A stretch of DNA of 64,000 bases from an uncultured Gaiellaceae bacterium (GTDB lineage Bacteria; Actinomycetota; Thermoleophilia; Gaiellales; Gaiellaceae), in assembly GCA_963820565.1 (NCBI GenBank), contig CAWGAD010000006.1:42333-106332 (forward strand), written 5' to 3'. The position numbers and the translations under genes are program-made. Shown piece by piece: positions 20,557 to 35,495 of the stretch; positions within the stretch are counted from its first letter, which is position 1; every line of letters starts with the position of its first letter. Below the pieces are notes generated by a model. The model had not been told where the DNA came from, ran no database searches, and was given only the letters and a program-made list of their open reading frames with translations.

Positions 20557-20860
20557 GTGCTCGGCACGCTGCTGTCGCTGGTCGTCTCGGGGCTGATCAT
20601 CGGCCTGCTGGCGCGCTTCGCCGTCCCCGGCAAGGACCCGCTGCGCCCTCTGGCAGACGATCCTGCTCGGGATCGCCGGCTCGCTGCTCGGCGGCCTCGC
20701 GGCGGGTCTCGTCGGCGCGATCGACGCCGACGACACGATCGAGCCGGGCGAGGCGTTCGCCTCGTTCGCGTTCTCGCTCGGCGGCGCGATCGTGCTGCTG
20801 ATCCTCTACCGCAAGTTCGTCCAGAAGCGGCCCATCACCGGGCCCGGCGCCGACGTCTAG
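20557..20860 (+). CDS. GlsB/YeaQ/YmgE (transglycosylase-associated) small membrane protein; one frameshift near 20640-20650
   Basis: MLGTLLSLVVSGLIIGLLARFAVPGKDP, then in the next frame LWQTILLGIAGSLLGGLAAGLVGAI...GGAIVLLILYRKFV...*, ending at TAG 20858-20860. Confidence 0.7.
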
Positions 20861-20883
20861 CCCACGCGTCGTAGGCTGGCCGC

Positions 20884-23339
20884 GTGAGAGCGGATCTCGG
20901 CCTGCGCGCGAATGTCCGCCTGCTCGGCGACCTGCTCGGACGCGTTCTCGTCGAGCAGGAGGGCCAGGCGGTGCTCGACCTCGTCGAGCGGATCCGCTCG
21001 CTCTCGCGCTGGGCGCGCCGCAGCGGCGAACGCGAGCCGCTCGAGGAGACGATCGCGGCGCTCCCGCTCGAGCGCCAGGCCGTCGTCCTGCGGGCGTTCG
21101 GCGTCTTCTTCCAGCTGGCGAACATCGCCGAGCAGCACCATCGGCTCCGGCGGCGTCGCGCCTACGAGCTCGAGGGCCGTGTCCCGCGGGAGTCGCTCGA
21201 GGCCGTGTTCGCCCGTCTCGACGCCGCGGGGATCGAGGAGGAGGAGCTCGCGCGAGAGGCCGACGGCGGTGCGCGTCGAGCTCGTCTTCACCGCCCACCC
21301 GACGGAGGCGACTCGGCGCACGGTCTTGCAGGCGCACCAGCGCATCGCGGCGTTCCTGCGCGAACTCGACGACCCGGAGCTGCCGCCCTCGCAGCGGGCG
21401 CGCGTCGAGGACGCGCTCGCCGAGGAGATCACGCTCCTCTGGCAGACCGACGAGGTGCGATCGCGCCGTCCGCGGGTCTTCGACGAGATCCGCCACGGGC
21501 TCTGGTTCTTCGAACGCAGCATCTGGCAGGCCGCGCCCGCGCTGATGCGAGCGTATCGCCGGCGGCTGCCGGACGCGCCCGCGCCGCTCAGCTTCGGCAC
21601 CTGGATCGGCGGCGACCTCGACGGGAATCCCAATACCGGCCCGGAGACGGTCGAGGCGGCGCTCGAGCAGGCGCGGCTGCTCGCCGCGCAGCTCTACCGG
21701 GACGAGGTGCGCGCGCTCGCCCGCCGCTGGGGCATCTCCTCGACGATCGTCGACTACGACCCCGCGCTCGACGAGAATGTGAGCGGCGTCCCGGCCGGCC
21801 AGAACGACGACGAGCCGTATCGCCGCCGGCTGAGCTCGCTCTGGGCACGCCTGGGCGATCCCGACTACGCGTCGCAGAGAGCACTTCCTGGCCGAGCTCG
21901 ACTTGATCGACCGGAGCCTGCGCGAGCATCGCGGCACCCGTGTCGCGGACGGCGGTCTCACCGATCTCCGCTCGCGGGTCGAGCTCTTCGGCTTCCACCT
22001 GGCCAAGCTCGACCTGCGCGTTCACGCAAGCGCGATCCGGAAGCCCGACGAGCGCCTGCTCGAGACGCTGCGCGCGGGCGCCCGTGTCCAGCGGCGGCAC
22101 GGGACCTGCGCGCTCGACCGTCTCATCGTCTCGATGACGGCGTCCGCCGGGGACGTCCTTGCCGCCGAGCGGCTGGCCGCGGAAGAGGGCCTCGACGTGC
22201 TGGGCGTCCCGCTCTTCGAGACGATCGCCGACCTGCGCGCCGCGCGCGGGATCGTCGAGGAGCTGCTGACCGAGCGTCCGCGCGAGCGCATCGAGGTCAT
22301 GGTCGGCTACTCCGACTCAGGCAAGGACGGCGGCTATCTCACCGCGCAGTGGGAGATCTACCGCGCTCAGGAGGAGCTGACCGCAGCGGCAGCCGAGCGC
22401 GGCGTCGAGCTGACGGTCTTCCACGGCCGCGGCGGCAGCGCCGGGCGCGGCGGCGGGCCCACCTACGCGGCGATCCTCGCGCAGCCCCCTGGGGCGGTCG
22501 ACGGCCGCCTGAAGGTGACAGAGCAGGGGGAGACGATCTCCTTCAAGTACGGCCTGCCCGGGCTCGCGGAGCGAAACCTCGAGGCCGCGCTCGCGGCGAC
22601 TCTCCTGACCGCGTTTCCGAAGGCGGCCACGCTCGAGCCGCCGAACGAAGGGGCCCGCGACACGATCGAGGAGATCTCGCGCGCGGCGAACCGCGCCTAC
22701 CGCTCGCTCGTGTGGGAGGACGACGAGTTCGTCCCGTTCTTCCTCGACTTCACGCCGGTGCGGGAGCTCGCGCTGCTCGAGATCGGCTCCCGGCCGGCCG
22801 TCCGCCCCGAGGCCCTCTCGGGCGGGCAGCTGCAGGCGCTGCGCGCGATTCCGTGGGTCTTCTCCTGGACGCAGAACCGCTGCTTGCTGCCGGCGTGGTA
22901 CGGCTGCGGGAGCGGCTTCGCCGCCTTCGGGCTCGAAGGGGAGCGGCTGGACTGGCTGCGGCGGCTCTACGCCGAATGGCCGTTCTTCCGCGCGCTCGTC
23001 GAGAACCTCGAGATGACCCTCGCCAAGTCGAGTCTCGAGATCGCGGAGTCGTACCTGAGGCTCGTCCACGCTCCCGGACGCGATCGCATCTGGGGTGAGC
23101 TCGTCGCCGAGCACGAGCGGACGGTCGCCGCCGTGCTCGCGATCGTCGAGGCGGAGGAGCTGCTCGACCGCCAGCCGCAGATCCAGCAGTCCGTGACGCT
23201 CCGGAACCCCTACGTCGACCCGATGAACGCGATCCAGGTGGAGCTCCTGCGCGCCTTCCGCGCCGGTGACGAGACCGCCCGGCTCCCACTCCTCCGCTCG
23301 ATCGCAGGCATCGCGGCCGCGCTCCGCAACACCGGCTGA
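20884..23339 (+). CDS. ppc: Phosphoenolpyruvate carboxylase; 2 frameshifts (about 21255-21272 and 21870-21880)
   Basis: Three consecutive frames carry VELVFTAHPTEATRR, FGTWIGGDLDGNP, VMVGYSDSGKDGGY, FHGRGGSAGRGGGP and C-terminal LLRSIAGIAAALRNTG. Confidence 0.9.
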
Positions 23340-23354
23340 GCGCGGCTTCCTCGG

Positions 23355-24851
23355 TTACGCGGCGGCGAGCGCGCCCAGCTTCTCCTTGAGGTAGCGGATG
23401 TACGGGGCGGCGTCGATCGGGCCGCCGACCACGCGCTCCAGCGTCTCCTGCGGCGTGAACTTGCGGCCGAGGACGTAGAGCCGGCTGCGCAGCCACTCGT
23501 GCAGCTGCCCGAACTCGCCCTGCTCGAACTGCTCGGGCAGGTCGGGGATCTCGGACAGCACCTTCTCCCAGACCTGCACCGAGATGATGTTGCCGAGCGA
23601 GTAGGTCGGGAAGTAGCCGAAGCCGCCCCCGGACCAGTGCACGTCCTGGAGGACGCCGAGCGCTGTCGTTCGGCACCGCGATCCCGAGGTACTCCTCGAA
23701 GCGCGTGTTCCACGCGTCCGGCAGGTCCTTCAGGTCGATCGTGCCGGCCATGATCTCCTGCTCGAGCTCGAAGCGCAGGATGATGTGGAGGTTGTACGTC
23801 GCCTCGTCGGCGTCGACGCGGATGTAGGACGGCTTCACCCGGTTGATCGCCCGGTAGAAGCGCTCCTGGTCGACGTCGCCGACGGCCTCGGGGAACGCCT
23901 CCTGGAAGGACGGGTAGAAGTGGTTCCAGAACTCACGGCTGCGGCCGACGATGTTCTCCCACATCCGGCTCTGCGACTCGTGCAGCGCCGACGAGACACC
24001 GTGGCAGAGCGGCGTGCGCTCGAGCGACTGTGAGACGCCGTGCTCGTAGAGCCCGTGCCCGCACTCGTGCATCGCCGTGAAGATCGAGGTGATGTCGTCG
24101 TCCTTGTAGCGGGTCGTCAGGCGGATGTCCTGCGTGCCCGAGCTGGCCGCGAACGGGTGCACGGTCAGGTCGAGGCGCGCGAACGACGGGTCATAGCCGA
24201 AGCGCTCGATGATCTTGAGCGAGTAGGCGTGCTGCGCGTCGACGGGCCACGGTCCCTCCATGAAGGCGTCGTCGCCGTCGACGGAGCCCACTTCGGCGAT
24301 CAGCGGCACGAGCTCCGCCTTGAGCTCGTCGAAGACGGCGCGTACCTCGGCGGTCTTCATGCCCGGCTCGTAGTCGTCGAGCAGCACGTCGTAGGACTCG
24401 TCGTAGCCGTCGAAGCACTCGACGTAGCGGCGCTTGAGCTCGACCGCGCGCTCGAGGTGGGGGAGGAAGAGCGCGTAGTCGGACTCCTCGCGCGCCTTTG
24501 CCCAGACGTCGTGCGCCTCGGCCGCTGCGCCGGTGATCTCCGCGGCCAGCTCGGCGGGCACGCGGCGCGCCTTCTCCCAGTCGCGTCGCGTCGTGCGGAT
24601 CAGGCTCGCGTCGTCGGAGTCGTAGTCCAGCTCTTGTTCGTAGCCGGCGAGGTCCTCGAGCAGCGTGCCGATCTCGTCCGAGACGAACTTCTCGTGGGCG
24701 ATCCGGTCGAGCGTCGTCACCTGCGCGCCGCGAACGGCGCCTCCGCCCGGCGGCATCATCACGGTCTGGTCCCAGAACAGGATCTCCATCGCCCGGCGCA
24801 GGTCGTGGATCTCGCCCAGGCGGTCTTCAGGTCGGCGAAGCGCTGCTCCAT
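23355..24851 (-). CDS. Carboxypeptidase Taq-type metallopeptidase (M32); 2 frameshifts (about 24815-24825 and 23655-23662)
   Basis: MEQRFADLKTAW | EIHDLRRAMEILFWDQTVMMPPGG; HEXXH as HECGHGLYE; HESQSRMWEN; DVHWSGGGFGYFPTYSLGN, continuing in ORF 23355..23642. Confidence 0.9.
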
Positions 24852-24980
24852 CGTCTCTCCTCGTAGTGGCGGTCTCGCGGACTCTAGCCGGTTTCGGACC
24901 TGATTTCGCCTGGCGTTTGCGGCCAGTCCTGGCCGGAAAGGACGGTTCCGGAACGCTCGCACCACGACTGGGAGGTTGGA

Positions 24981-25259
24981 TTGGGGATCATCGCTTTCAT
25001 CATCCTCGGCGCTATCGCAGGAGCAATCGCCAAGGCGCTCCTGCCCGGGGACGATCCGGGCGGGTTCATCATCACGACGATCGTCGGGATCGTCGGTGCA
25101 CTGCTCGGCGGCTTCCTCGCCGCGGCCCTGTTCGGCGGCGACCCGCTGGACGAGTTCTTCGACATCAGCACCTGGCTGACGGCCATCATCGGCTCGATCA
25201 TCCTGCTGCTGATCTACCGCGCCGTTGCCGGTCGCGGAGACAGGGGCGTCACGGTCTAG
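24981..25259 (+). CDS. GlsB/YeaQ/YmgE (transglycosylase-associated) small membrane protein
   Basis: Intact 92-aa ORF with a TTG start 5 nt after GGAGG. Sequence: GIIAFIILGAIAGAIAKALLPGDDPGGFIITTIVGIVGALLGGFLA. Confidence 0.8.
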   Translation: MGIIAFIILGAIAGAIAKALLPGDDPGGFIITTIVGIVGALLGGFLAAALFGGDPLDEFFDISTWLTAIIGSIILLLIYRAVAGRGDRGVTV

Positions 25260-26081
25260 TCGGCTTCGAAGGCGAGGGGCTCCGGCCGCGCGGGAAGGTG
25301 CGCACGGCCGTGAGCCCCCAGCCGTCCTCGCGCCAGATGTAGGTGAGGATCCGCAGCGATGCCGCCCCGATCTCGTAGACGTGCAGGCCGCGGGCCTCGC
25401 CACGGCGGTTCGGCCGCGGTTGGCCGAAGCCGGGGGCGATCGAGACGACGACGGCGTGCTCGCCGCCCGGTGCCGCAAGCTCGAACTCGCGCCGCTCGGC
25501 GACGGTGCTCTGGTGGATGTGGCCGGCGAGCACGAGGTCGGCGCCCGCTTCGACGAGCCCCGCCAGGACGCGGTTCCGCTTCGCGACCGGCTTCTTGCGC
25601 GAGCGCCACGGCGCGCCCAGGAGGTGGTGGTGGAAGGCGGCGATCCGGTACGCGCCCTCCGGCGCAGCCGCGAAGAGCCTCGTGCGCCCGCGCGACCTGG
25701 TCTTCGCGCACGCGGCCGGACTGGTGTCGCCACGGGCGCACCGAGTTCAGGCCGGCGACGATGAGCGTCTCCGAGCGGTAGACGGGCTCCGTCGTCTCCC
25801 AGAGCCGTTCGAATTCGTGCCACGGCTGCGTGAACCGCTTCGGGAAGGTGTAGGGGATGTCGTGGTTTCCCGGGATCGCCAGCAAGCGGCAGCTCGAGCC
25901 CGCGCAGGAACGACGACGCTCTCTCGTGCTGGCTGCGCAGGCCGCGGTGCGTGAGGTCGCCGCTCGCGATCACGAGCTCCGGCCGCGCCTCCTCGATCAG
26001 CCGCCCGAGCGCCTCGATCGACTCGGGCCTGTCGTTTCGTCCGAAATGCAGGTCAGAGAGGTGGAGGACACGTGTGAGCAC
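25249..26081 (-). CDS. Metallophosphoesterase (calcineurin-like); at least 2 frameshifts (about 25885 and 25685)
   Basis: VLHLSDLHFG, VIASGDLTHRG, LAIPGNHD, AAFHHHLLG and LVLAGHIHQS are found in three successive frames. Confidence 0.75.
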
Positions 26082-26109
26082 GGGCGAATGAGGCTATACA
26101 GTCCTGGAT

Positions 26110-26352
26110 ATGGCCGAGACCGATTCCCCCGAGATCTTCGACGACCTCTACCTTGGGTTGAGGGCCGGCGGCGCGCTTCGCAAGCAACGGCGCGGCGAAC
26201 CGCTCACGACCGAGGAGCAGGAGGCCCTGGGCCGCTGGAACCGGCTCTCGATCGGCCGCAAGGCGATCGCGGTCGGCGCGTTCACGATCGGCACGTTCGG
26301 GCTTGGATTCACCCTCGGCGGCCTCATCTTCGGCCGCTGGCGCAAAGCCTGA
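26110..26352 (+). CDS. Small hypothetical protein with C-terminal TM segment
   Basis: 80-aa ORF with very high third-position GC and a TM stretch (AIAVGAFTIGTFGLGFTLGGLIFG), followed by a hairpin. Confidence 0.55.
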   Translation: MAETDSPEIFDDLYLGLRAGGALRKQRRGEPLTTEEQEALGRWNRLSIGRKAIAVGAFTIGTFGLGFTLGGLIFGRWRKA

Positions 26353-26367
26353 CGGCCCCTGGCCGGC

Positions 26368-26386
26368 GGCTCCGCCGGGCGGAGCC
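26368..26386. terminator. GC-rich hairpin GGCTCCGCC-G-GGCGGAGCC between two convergent small genes
   Basis: Perfect 9-nt arms read directly. There is no U-tract, so terminator function is uncertain. GGCTCCGCC recurs at 26388-26396. Confidence 0.3.
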
Positions 26387-26394
26387 CGGCTCCG

Positions 26395-26823
26395 CCGCGC
26401 CAGGACCGTCCGGCCAGTCTGGTCATCCAAGGGCTCCTCCTGCGGCGGCGGGTGGCGCGCCTGCCACACGCGACGTCCGACGATGCCGATGAACGCGAAC
26501 GGAACGCCGTAGAAGGCCTCCACGAAGAAGGCCTGCAGCCAGAGCGGCGTGTCTTCGCCGTTGCCTGAGGTCGTTGCGACGAGCAACGGCGGGCAGGTGA
26601 CCACGATGAAGAACGCCCAGAAGGAGTTGCTGACGATCCCGTAGAGCACGTGGACCGCGAGCCAGGCGAGGAAGAACGTCAGCGAGCCGTTCCGCTCGTC
26701 GCCTTGGACGAACAGGATCGCGGCCGACGCGGCGAACGCTGCGGCGACGGCGATGCTCGCAGCACGTGCTCGCGACCGCGGGGACACGGCCGAGACGCTA
26801 CTCGACAGGGCCTGGACGAACAT
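26395..26823 (-). CDS. Hypothetical 4-TM membrane protein; 3' end unresolved (the ORF as given runs to 26053, antisense through the previous gene)
   Basis: This is part of the 312-aa track ORF: [74 protein letters not shown]. The start is uncertain because the ATG at 26823 lies inside the SOS box. Confidence 0.35.
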
Positions 26824-26830
26824 ACGTTCG
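26817..26830. promoter_or_regulatory. LexA SOS box CGAACATACGTTCG upstream of uvrA
   Basis: It has perfect GAAC-N4-GTTC arms. With flanks, ACGAACATACGTTCGA matches the actinobacterial TCGAAC-N4-GTTCGA consensus at 11 of 12 arm positions. It lies 6 nt upstream of a TAGAAT -10 hexamer. Confidence 0.7.
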
Positions 26831-26835
26831 AGCGC

Positions 26836-26841
26836 TAGAAT
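26836..26841 (+). promoter_or_regulatory. Candidate -10 hexamer TAGAAT of uvrA (very short or no leader)
   Basis: A TANNNT hexamer lies 10 nt upstream of the ATG at 26852. Confidence 0.4.
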
Positions 26842-26851
26842 GGTCGCCGAC

Positions 26852-29685
<2,834 letters not shown>

Positions 29686-29689
<4 letters not shown>

Positions 29690-30261
29690 CGCTCCAGGAG
29701 GTCGCTCCCGGGCTTCGTCGCTGGACGTCCTGGCACGACCACTGGGAGGAGGACGTCGGCTCCGTCGCCGTCGACACGGCCGACGGCCTCGTCCTGATCG
29801 ATCCGCTGGAGCCGCCGCCGGAGCTCGGCCCGCCGGCGCACGTGCTCGTGACCGTCTACTGGCACGCCCGGGCGACCGCCGACCTGACCGCTCGGGTCTG
29901 GGCGCCGTCGCGGTCGCTCCGGCCGCTCGCCAACCGCGGTGTCGACGCCGCCGACGCGGCGAACGGGCTGCCGGGCGGGATCCGTGCGTTCCCGACCGCC
30001 CGCGCAGCGGAGGCGGTCTACTGGCTGCCGGAGCAGCGTGCGCTCGTCGTCGGAGACGTCCTGCTCGGCGCGGGCGCCAAGCCGCGAGCGACCGACGATG
30101 CGCTCCGGCTCTGTCCCGAGCGCTGGCTCGGCAAGCCGACCCACGAGGACCTGCGCGAGTCGCTCCGGCCGCTGCTCGACCTTCCGGTCGAGCACGTGCT
30201 CGTCTCGCACGGCGCGCCGGTGGTCGGCAACGGTGCGCGCGAGCTGAAGCGCATCCTCTAG
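29686..30261 (+). CDS. Hypothetical protein, possibly a degenerate metallo-beta-lactamase-fold protein
   Basis: GTG at 29686 overlaps the uvrA stop (GTGA). The 191 aa are coding-like ([14 protein letters not shown]...[12 protein letters not shown]...[10 protein letters not shown]). No HxHxDH motif is present, so the fold call is weak. Confidence 0.45.
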
Positions 30262-30295
30262 GGACCTCGGCGCCGATCGGCGCCGTACTCTCGTC

Positions 30296-30723
30296 ATGCG
30301 CCTCTTGCTCGTCCTCCCCTGACGCTGGCGTCGCGGCGCCGGCCTCGACCCAGCGATACGAGCAGGCAGGTCTGTCGGTCGAGGTGCCCGCAGGCTGGGT
30401 ACCGGTCCGGGAGCAGCTCTCCGTCTGCACGAATCCGGTGCAGCGGCTCGCGCTCCGAGGGCACGGCGCCCTCGTGCAGATCGTCGAGCGGCTCGGCGCC
30501 TCGGAGCTGACCGGGCTTCGCGGCGCGTCCGGAGCGGTTCGCGCTCCAGGGCCCTCCGCAGTGGGTCGCCTGCTGTGTTCCGGACGAACGAAAGGACAAG
30601 GGCTGGTTCTTGAGCTTCCGCGACGGGAACCGCGGCTTCCACGCGTACGTCTACCTCGGCCGGCCTGGCACGCGGGCGGAGGCGCTCACGATCCTCGACA
30701 GCCTCAGAGTGCGGAGGCGCTGA
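30296..30723 (+). CDS. Hypothetical protein; 2 frameshifts (about 30315-30321 in a C-run, and about 30530)
   Basis: MRLLLVLP | DAGVAAPASTQRYEQAGLSVEVPAGWVPVREQLSVCTNPVQRLALRGHGALVQIVERLGASELTGLRGA | PERFALQGPPQWVACCVPDERKDKGWFLSFRDGNRGFHAYVYLGRPGTRAEALTILDSLRVRRR*. Confidence 0.4.
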
Positions 30724-30732
30724 CGCGTTCGG

Positions 30733-31219
30733 CTAGATGCAGGGCGCCGGCGAGAACTCCTGGTGCCCGCGTCCTGGCCGGCAGCGCTGCGCCCAGCGGG
30801 CGGACTCGATCCGCCAGGTGCCGTCCTGTCGGCGGCTGAACGTGAGGTTGTAGCTGCGCGCCTGAACCGAGTCGTCGGCCAGGCCGTCGATCAGGAGTGA
30901 GGCGCTGGCGGTGTTGCCGTTGGACGTCGACTGGAACGAGCGGCTGCCCGACTCCTGGTCCTGTGGCCCGAGGAACTCGTCCGTGGTCGCCGTCGATGTC
31001 GCGCTCCCAGGGCTCGTCGACGCTCTCGGCGCGCGCGTTGAACGCATCCACCGGCAGCGTCCCGGTCGGCCCTTGGGTGGTCGTCTCGGTCGTGGTCTCG
31101 GTGACGGTGGCCGTGGTCGTGGTCGCGACGGTGACGGTGACCGTCTCCGTGGCCGTGTCGTCGCCGCCGGAGCACGCGCCGACAAGCGGGACGGCAGCGA
31201 GCGCGAGGAGGCGGCGCAT
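30733..31219 (-). CDS. Lipoprotein with Thr-rich linker; one frameshift near 30975-30990
   Basis: Lipobox PLVGAC and a TETVTVTVATTTTATVTETTTETTT linker. The C-terminal part continues in ORF 30733..31185 (NGNTASASLLIDGLADDSVQARSYNLTFSRRQDGTWRIESARW). Confidence 0.55.
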
Positions 31220-31222
31220 CGT

Positions 31223-31630
31223 CTAGAGCACCGCCTGCGTCTGGGTGACGCGCGCGACGTGCTTGCCGCTGTCGTCGTAGAGGTCGGTCTCGACGACGAT
31301 CGTGCGGCTGCCGCGGTGCAGCGGCCGCGAGCGGGCCTCGACTCGTCCCGACCGGACAGCCGAGAAGAAGTTCGTCTTCGACTCGATCGTCGCCGTCGCA
31401 GTGGAGCCTTCGGGCAGGTTGAGGAACGCGCAGAAGGCGCCGGCTGCGTCGGCGAGACCCATGAGGACGCCGCCGTGAAGGATTCCGGCAGCAGTGGTCA
31501 GCCGCTCCTCCCACTCGACCGCCGCCCGCACCTCGTCCTTCGAGGCGGCGACCATCTCGAGCCCGAGCGTTTCCGCGTACGGCATCGCCGAGCGCACGGA
31601 CCGGGTCAGTTCCTCGTCCACGCCGGCCAA
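31223..31630 (-). CDS. PaaI-family hotdog-fold thioesterase
   Basis: Intact 135-aa ORF: AAGILHGGVLMGLADAAGAF...ESKTNFFSAVRSG...RGSRTIVVETDLYD. Confidence 0.8.
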   Translation of the reverse strand: MAGVDEELTRSVRSAMPYAETLGLEMVAASKDEVRAAVEWEERLTTAAGILHGGVLMGLADAAGAFCAFLNLPEGSTATATIESKTNFFSAVRSGRVEARSRPLHRGSRTIVVETDLYDDSGKHVARVTQTQAVL

Positions 31631-31645
31631 CGATAACGTCAGGAG

Positions 31646-32236
31646 ATGGATCCCGACCGCGAATGGTGGCTCCGCGTCCCTGCGGTCCTGCTCTCACCGC
31701 GATCGGTCTTCGTCGCGATGCGGAACGATTCGCGCGAGGACGTGGATGCGCGCGCGGAGCCCGTGCTCGCGCTCGTGTGCCTGGCGGGGATCGCCGTCGC
31801 GCTCGCGACGAGCACAGCGCGCACGCTCTACGACGATCCCGAGTACGACGCGCTGCTCGCTCGCGGTCTGGGCCGTGGTCGCCGGAGGCATCGTGGCGTT
31901 CGCCGGCTACTTCATCGTCGGCGGCGCCCTCTACCTGGGTGCACGCGGGCTCGGCAGCGAAGGCAGCTTCCGGCGCGCGCGCCACGTTCTCGGCTTTGCG
32001 GTGGCGCCGCTCGCGCTCTCGCTGTTTCTGCTCTGGCCGGTCCAGCTGGCCCTGTTCGGGACGGATCGGTTTCGCCGCCTCGGCTCGGACGAGGGTGACG
32101 CCGGCCGGGTCTTCGACCTGCTCACGCTCGGCTTCGCCGTCTGGTCGGCCGGCGCTCCTGCTGATCGGAGTCCGTGCGGTGCACGGCTGGAGCTGGTGGC
32201 GCTCGCTCGCCGCGCTCGGGCTCGTCGCGCCTCTTC

Positions 32237-32240
<4 letters not shown>
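31646..32240 (+). CDS. Yip1-like multi-pass membrane protein; 2 frameshifts (about 31860 and 32150); exact stop uncertain
   Basis: WWLRVPAVLLSPRSVFVAM..., then LAVWAVVAGGIVAFAGYFIVGGALYLGARGLG...FAVAPLALSLFLLWPVQLALFG, then ALLLIGVRAVHGWSWWRSLAALGLV, in three frames. Confidence 0.5.
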
Positions 32241-33901
<1,661 letters not shown>

Positions 33902-33905
<4 letters not shown>

Positions 33906-34567
33906 AGCAGCGCCTTCGTCGTCTCGGCCAGCGTCAGGTACATCGGCTCGAGCTCTGGGCGCTCGGCCCGGATCGCCGCGACATGCGCTTCGACCGTGTC
34001 CCAGTCGCCGCGTGCGATCGGCCCGGTCAGCTCGAAGCCGTTCTCGATCGTGCGCCGCATCAACGGGTCGAGCGCCTCCGGCGGCGCACCCGCAGCCTCG
34101 AGCAGCGAACCGGCCGCGCGGCGCAGCGTGACCAGGTAGTTGGACGCGATTGCGGCACCCGCGTGGTAGGCGGCTCGCTTGTCATCGGCGAGCGCGAACG
34201 GCTCCAGCCCCAGGGTCCGCGCCAGCCACTGCCCGACCGCGAGCCCTTCGCTGGTCTCGGCGCTGACAGCGGCGAAGGCGCCGTCGAGCTGTTCGGCGCC
34301 GCGTTCTCGCGTGAACGTCTGCAGCGGGTGCATCCCGAACCGCAGCAGGTGCGGCTCGAGGGCAGCGAGCGGCGTTGCGCCGCTGACGTGGGCGATCCAC
34401 GGGCCGGGCGCGATCCCCGCTGCGACCTCTGCGATTGCCCGGTCGGGAACGCAGAGGAGCACGAGCTCCGGATCGTCGGCATCGAGAACGAGCGCACGCT
34501 CGCGCAGTCGCGCGGCGATCGCCGACCCGACGCGTCCCGCGCCGATCACTTGAGCTCTCTCGATCAT
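33902..34567 (-). CDS. Rossmann-fold / DUF2520 domain protein (putative ketopantoate-reductase-like), overlapping the panC start
   Basis: The in-frame ATG at 34567 gives MIERAQVIGAGRVGSAIAARL (GxGxxG). The C-terminal YHAGAAIASNYLVTL...LTGPIARGD matches my memory of DUF2520. Confidence 0.65.
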
Positions 34568-34634
34568 GTTGATGGCTCCAGTTCCGTTGCCGGATACCGG
34601 GCGAAAGCAGTGTAGCGCTGCATAGGCTAGTGCC

Positions 34635-35495
34635 ATGCGAGTCCAGGTCGGAGACGTGCGGCTCTTCTTCGACGTGGAGGGGACGAAGCTCGTGGCCGAG
34701 GGGCCCTGGATGCGGGAGCGGCCAACGGTCGTGCTGCTCCATCCAGGCCCGGGCTTCGACCACGGCCTCTTCAAGGTCGGGATCGGCCCGTGGCTGGCCG
34801 CGGGCACGCAGGTGATCTACCTCGACATGCGTGGGGCCGGCCGAAGCGACCCGGGGTCGCCTGACGAGCTGAGGCTCGAGCGCTGGGCCGACGACGTGCG
34901 TGAGTTCTGCGATGCGCTCCGGATCGAGAAGCCGGTGGTGTTCGGGCTCGGCTTCGGTTCGATGGTCGCGCTCGACTACGCGGCCCGGTACCCGGACCAC
35001 CCCGGCGCCCTCGTCCTCGGTGCTCCGGTAGCGCGAATCGATCCGGAGCGGTCGATTGCGGTCTACCGGCGCCTTGGCGGTGAGGACGCGGCCGAGGTGG
35101 CGACCCGCTACTACGGCGAGCCTGACGGACAGGCATTCGCCGACTTCGTCCGCGTCTGCTTCCCGCTGCTGTCCAGCTACGAGCTGACGAGCGACGTCAT
35201 CGTCCGTGCCGAGTGGCGGCCCGAGGTGCTCGTGGGCTGGATGCGCGGCGAAGCGAAGACGATCGACCTCCGTGACCGGCTCGGCTCCGTCGTCGCGCCG
35301 GCGATCGTGATCGCAGGGGAGGACGACGCCTGGGCGCCGCTCGAGTCGGCGCGCGAGGTCGCCGACCTCCTGCCGGCCGGAACGCGGTTCCGCAGCTTCG
35401 CGGGAGCGCGCCACTCCGTGTTCGCCGACGCGCCGCCCGCATACGAGGAGCTGCGCCTCTTCCTCGACGACCTCCAGCTGGCGGAGCTCCTGTGA
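34635..35495 (+). CDS. Alpha/beta hydrolase fold protein (nucleophile elbow reads GLGFG, with no serine)
   Basis: Intact 286-aa ORF. VVLLHPGPG, YLDMRGAGRS and C-terminal GARHSVF. Paralog of the next gene. Confidence 0.8.
   Translation: MRVQVGDVRLFFDVEGTKLVAEGPWMRERPTVVLLHPGPGFDHGLFKVGIGPWLAAGTQVIYLDMRGAGRSDPGSPDELRLERWADDVREFCDALRIEKPVVFGLGFGSMVALDYAARYPDHPGALVLGAPVARIDPERSIAVYRRLGGEDAAEVATRYYGEPDGQAFADFVRVCFPLLSSYELTSDVIVRAEWRPEVLVGWMRGEAKTIDLRDRLGSVVAPAIVIAGEDDAWAPLESAREVADLLPAGTRFRSFAGARHSVFADAPPAYEELRLFLDDLQLAELL

Noticed and set aside
22750-24789. A 679-aa ORF extending the M32 carboxypeptidase by about 300 residues.
   Set aside because: After a frameshift near 23655 the frame runs antisense through the 3' end of ppc. 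The true C-terminus (HWSGGGFGYFPTYSLGN...) is ORF 23355..23642.
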